From NCBI GenBank assembly GCA_030390025.1, contig CM059441.1, positions 22,320,001-22,384,000 of the forward strand: 64,000 nucleotides of DNA, in the 5' to 3' direction. The position numbers and the translations under genes are program-made. Of this stretch, positions 60,606 through 64,000 are shown one piece after another. Each line of letters begins with the position of its first letter. Within the stretch, counting starts at the first letter, position 1. This stretch comes from Squalus acanthias (Eukaryota). The notes under the pieces are model-generated. The model ran no database searches. It was not told the origin of the DNA and saw only the letters and a program-made list of their open reading frames with translations.

Positions 60606-61499
60606 TCATCTTACTTGTGTGGATGTGCCAGAGATGGAGGCTGAAGAAGGGCTGGCTGGTATTGAAAAGAAGCATAACCGTCCCACGGCCTCTTACGAGT
60701 TTGGTTCACGATTCATGGGGCCAGCTGTCAAATGGAGAGGACTTTATGGGCGCACTCTGTGTTGTGGATTCTGCTATTCGGTTGAGTGCTGTAGTTAATC
60801 GAGGTTCCTCAGCTACTGAACAGCATTAGTGACATCTGTAAGGTAGACCTCAGACTCTGAGATGAACAAGCACAGTTGGCGATGCTGAAGTCCACTCTGT
60901 GTGAAGCATTAATGCCAGCTTCAATGGTGCCCGGGGAGAGAGAATCCAGCAAACAATCCCAGACCTCATAGAAGTGCAACACAATGTGCTCGAACTCAGC
61001 CGCAGCCGATGTGAAGACTTGACCTCCAGCTGGTACCGGGACCATACTCACGACGTGCACCATACTCATTGATTGGCAGTCCCACCGCTTGGAGGCATGA
61101 AGCTTTAGCAGCTGCTGCTTGCCTCTCTGAAACCCAATTATAATGGGCACCCAATTATAATGGGCACTGAACCGTGGATGTATGATCATGCTGCCTCAGT
61201 ATTTCCTCATCAACTATATGCCTGGCATCTGCCTTCAGTGTGCTTGTGATGTGGCAGCCATCTTGATCCAAGTGCAGTATCACATACCAGGCAAACTTGG
61301 CACCAACAGCTTAATCCAGGTCCTACGAGAAGTTTTGTCCAAGTTGCCTGTCCACCATGAGGTTGACTCATCCCACCAGGGTGCTGAGGGCCCTGAGGGA
61401 AGCCAGAGCCATCCCTTACTGCAACCATTTCCTCTTTATTTGCTGCAAAACAACCTCATACATAGCCCTTTGAAAGCTTAGGAACTCCAGACCATGAAG

Positions 61500-62900
61500 G
61501 AGAACTGTTTGGACACACTTCTTACATCCCCATGCCATGGCTTGTTGCTGCTCAGCTTCCTCAAATGGATGCCTCTTTCTATGTGGCACAGCATGTAGAA
61601 CACCACCGTCATTCTGTCATTTCATACCAGAACACTAGAGCCATTGTTTAGTCATGCCAGATGGCCGCTTGAAGTTCCTACCTCTTGAATGAGCTTTGCT
61701 GTTTGCTGGATGGTATGAAGATTGAGTAGCTAGGTCATGAGCCATATCTTGAGCAGGTAACACTTGAGATACCAAACGTTCCCCTTCTCTACACCCTGGA
61801 ACCCATGATTCTCAAGGTTTCTCATGGCACAAGTAAGGAGTGTGATGGAATATTCTCCACTTACCTGGATGAGTGCAGCTCCAACAACACTCAAGAAGCT
61901 CGACACCATCCAGGACAAAGCAGACCGTTTGATCGGCACCCGATCCACCACCTTAAACATTCACTCCCACCACCACCGGCGTACCGTGGCTGCAGTGTGT
62001 ACCATCTACAAGATGCACTGCAGCAACTCGCCAAGGCTTCTTCGGCATCGCCTTCCAAACCCGCGACCTCTTCCACCTAGAAGGACAAGGGCAGCAGGCG
62101 CATGGGAACACCACCACCTCCAAGTCTCACACCATCCTGACTTAGAAGTATATCGTCGCTGGGTCAAAATCCTGGAACTCCCTCCCAAACAGCACTGTGG
62201 GAGTACTTTCACCACACGGACTGCAGCGGTTCAAGAAGGCGGCTCACCGCCACCTTCTCGAGGGCAATTAGGGATGGGTAATAAATGCTGGCCTTGCCAG
62301 CGACGCCCACATCCCATAAACGAATTTAAAAAAAAAAAGGATTTGTGCATCGTAGGTATTCCCTGGAAACCATGTGCATGATCTGGCAGCAGACCATTTG
62401 GATGCCCATCAAATGAAATCCTCTTCTGTTGATGGATGGTTTAGGATGTTGCACAGGTCCTTGAAAGACCACTTGGGTACAGTTGAGTGTTTGTACCCAG
62501 CGAATACCACAGCGTAGTCCGAAAACTCGTCAGCCTCTCACTGCTGCATGGAGTACTGATTCTAATGCATTTAACAGTATGTTGAAACAGGGCGCGAGTG
62601 ACCTGGTTAATGCACCAATGAACTGCAAACTGATTGATCCTTGATAGGTCTCCTGATCCTTGACAGGTCTCCTGCTGTTGCACAAGAGCCTGTGTCAAAG
62701 TCTGAGTGCCCTCATTCCTGTTGCCGTGCTGAAACTGCTCCTTCGTAGGACAATTCAAACAATTTCTGGGTGAGGTCCAGCTAACCGTATCAAGGCATGC
62801 AACCAGAAGTAATAGTGGACCCTGGTGGCCCTTCACCTATGGCCTTGGACCTCCATCTCCAGCATAAGGAAGATTTGCTGTTGCACCCATACTACTGCGT
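61500..62900 (-). pseudogene. Decayed PIF/Harbinger (HARBI1-like) DDE transposase, split by a LINE
   Basis: Minus-strand motifs in order: FDTGSCATAGDLSRI-NQFAVHWCINQVTRALF; GIRWVQTLNCTQVVFQGP; INRRGFHLMGIQMVC; WFPGNTYDAQIL; [LINE]; YLLKIWLMT*; TVVFYMLCHI. These parallel TGSFQ..GD..ISQ..V..CI..VT.AL, GAIDCTH, NRKGFHS.NVQ.VCD, PGS.HD..IL, GYPL..WLMTP and CC.LHN. Confidence 0.8.
61826..62338 (+). mobile_element. LINE family B 3' copy, young, nested in the Harbinger relic
   Basis: ORF 61824..62381 N-terminal part AQVRSVMEY..LDTIQDKADRLI; poly-A tail. Confidence 0.93.
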
Positions 62901-63279
62901 GGACTGCACCAGTTGAGTCACCCTTTACCGTGTCTTTTTCACTCGATAATGGACCTCTGCCCAATCTTTTCACTGCCTTAACACTCCTGTTATACAGGGT
63001 ATCAATAATGTGATGCGAGTTGGAAAACCAACCATGAGCAAATTTGCACGTTCGCCTTTCAATTGGTGCTTAATAAGCTCAAAAAAAAGTTCATGTGGGA
63101 TCTGTGCATGAATCGCTTCAGCGGTTTGGGCAAAACCAGGCTGGAGTCCATCAGTGTTCACGCACCAATTACCGCGCGTTTAGAATCATTGGTTCCACAG
63201 AGTCAGTTCACCCGCCCGCCCCCGAATATGAGCAATATGCCCCCATCTTCAAAAAACGGAGTTTCAAAGAACGTTAGGC

Positions 63280-63805
63280 AGAATCATACAGCACAGAGGG
63301 AGGCTTTTCGGCCCGTCGTGCCTGTGCCGGCTCTTTGAAGGAACTATCCAATCAGTCCCACTCCCCCGCTCGTTCCCCGTAGCCCTGCAAATTTTTCCTT
63401 TTCAAGTATATAACAAGTTCCCTTTTGAAAGTTGCTATTGAATTTGCTTCCACTGCCCTTTCAGGCAGTGCATTCCAGATCACAACAACTCGCTGAGTTT
63501 ATTTTAAAAAAAAAACCTCTCCTCATCTCCCCCCCTGGCTTTTTTTTTACAATTATCTTAAATCTGTGTCCTCTGGTTACCGACCCTCCTGCCAGTGGAA
63601 ACAGTTTCTCCCTATCTACTCCCATCAAAACCTCTCATGATTTTGAACACCTCTATTAAATCGCCCCTTAACCTTCTCTGCTCCGAGGAGAACAATCCCA
63701 GCTTCTCCAGTCTCTCCACATAACTGAATTATCTCATCCCTGGTACCATTCTGGTAAATGTCCACTGTACCCTCTCCAAGGCCTTGACCTCCTTCCTCAA
63801 GTGTG
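63280..63805 (-). mobile_element. CR1 3' fragment
   Basis: agaatcatacagcacagagggagg tail; caggcagtgcattccagatc; ctctattaaatcgccccttaaccttctc. Confidence 0.9.
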
Positions 63806-64000
63806 AGACAATAGTTGGCATGTTCATTTCCAGAGCCAGCTGCCACGTGAAACAGTCTGACTGCTAACTGCAAGATAAAGTTTTATCTCCTTGCTGCAGG
63901 GCACAGCAGATTGCTGTCCTGTCTTTTTTTTTATTCCCTACGTCTAAAGGAAAATTGAAATAGTTGACAACTTTGAAAAGTTTTTTTGCCCCCCCCCCCC

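Noticed and set aside
59941-64000. Next SoxD exon (GTPERRKGSLADVV motif) or HMG box
   Set aside because: Not found in the ORF track or by eye; it presumably lies beyond the window, so the gene call rests on a single exon.

Overview
Eukaryotic, transposon-dense genomic DNA. The repeat repertoire (DeuSINE/SacSINE1-type SINEs, CR1, L2, RTE and Penelope retroelements, Harbinger-type elements) points to a cartilaginous fish, probably a shark. Only one host exon is convincing: 59715-59940 (+), the ATG-bearing exon of a SoxD transcription factor (MSARQLASCCMEVNGDMIMVHDQVKVEE...FPNNPHSE...; SOX13 is my best guess, SOX5 not excluded). The first ~59.7 kb is therefore most likely upstream/5'-UTR intron and the last 4 kb the next intron. 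Almost all other ORFs are sense or antisense LINE/SINE fragments. The most unusual objects are: (1) a 202-bp Penelope-derived insertion (36172-36373) forming an 81-bp near-perfect hairpin, with a 13-bp TSD and a minimal hammerhead-ribozyme motif on the minus strand; (2) further hammerhead-like Penelope pLTRs; (3) a decayed Harbinger transposase plus MITEs with similar termini; (4) ancient LF-SINE-like and AmnSINE2-like SINEs; (5) two LINE copies with the same 5' end; (6) a candidate alternative upstream SoxD exon whose frame depends on a poly-C tract. Family names come from recalled consensus sequences, not database searches, and repeat boundaries are approximate (about +/-10-30 bp).
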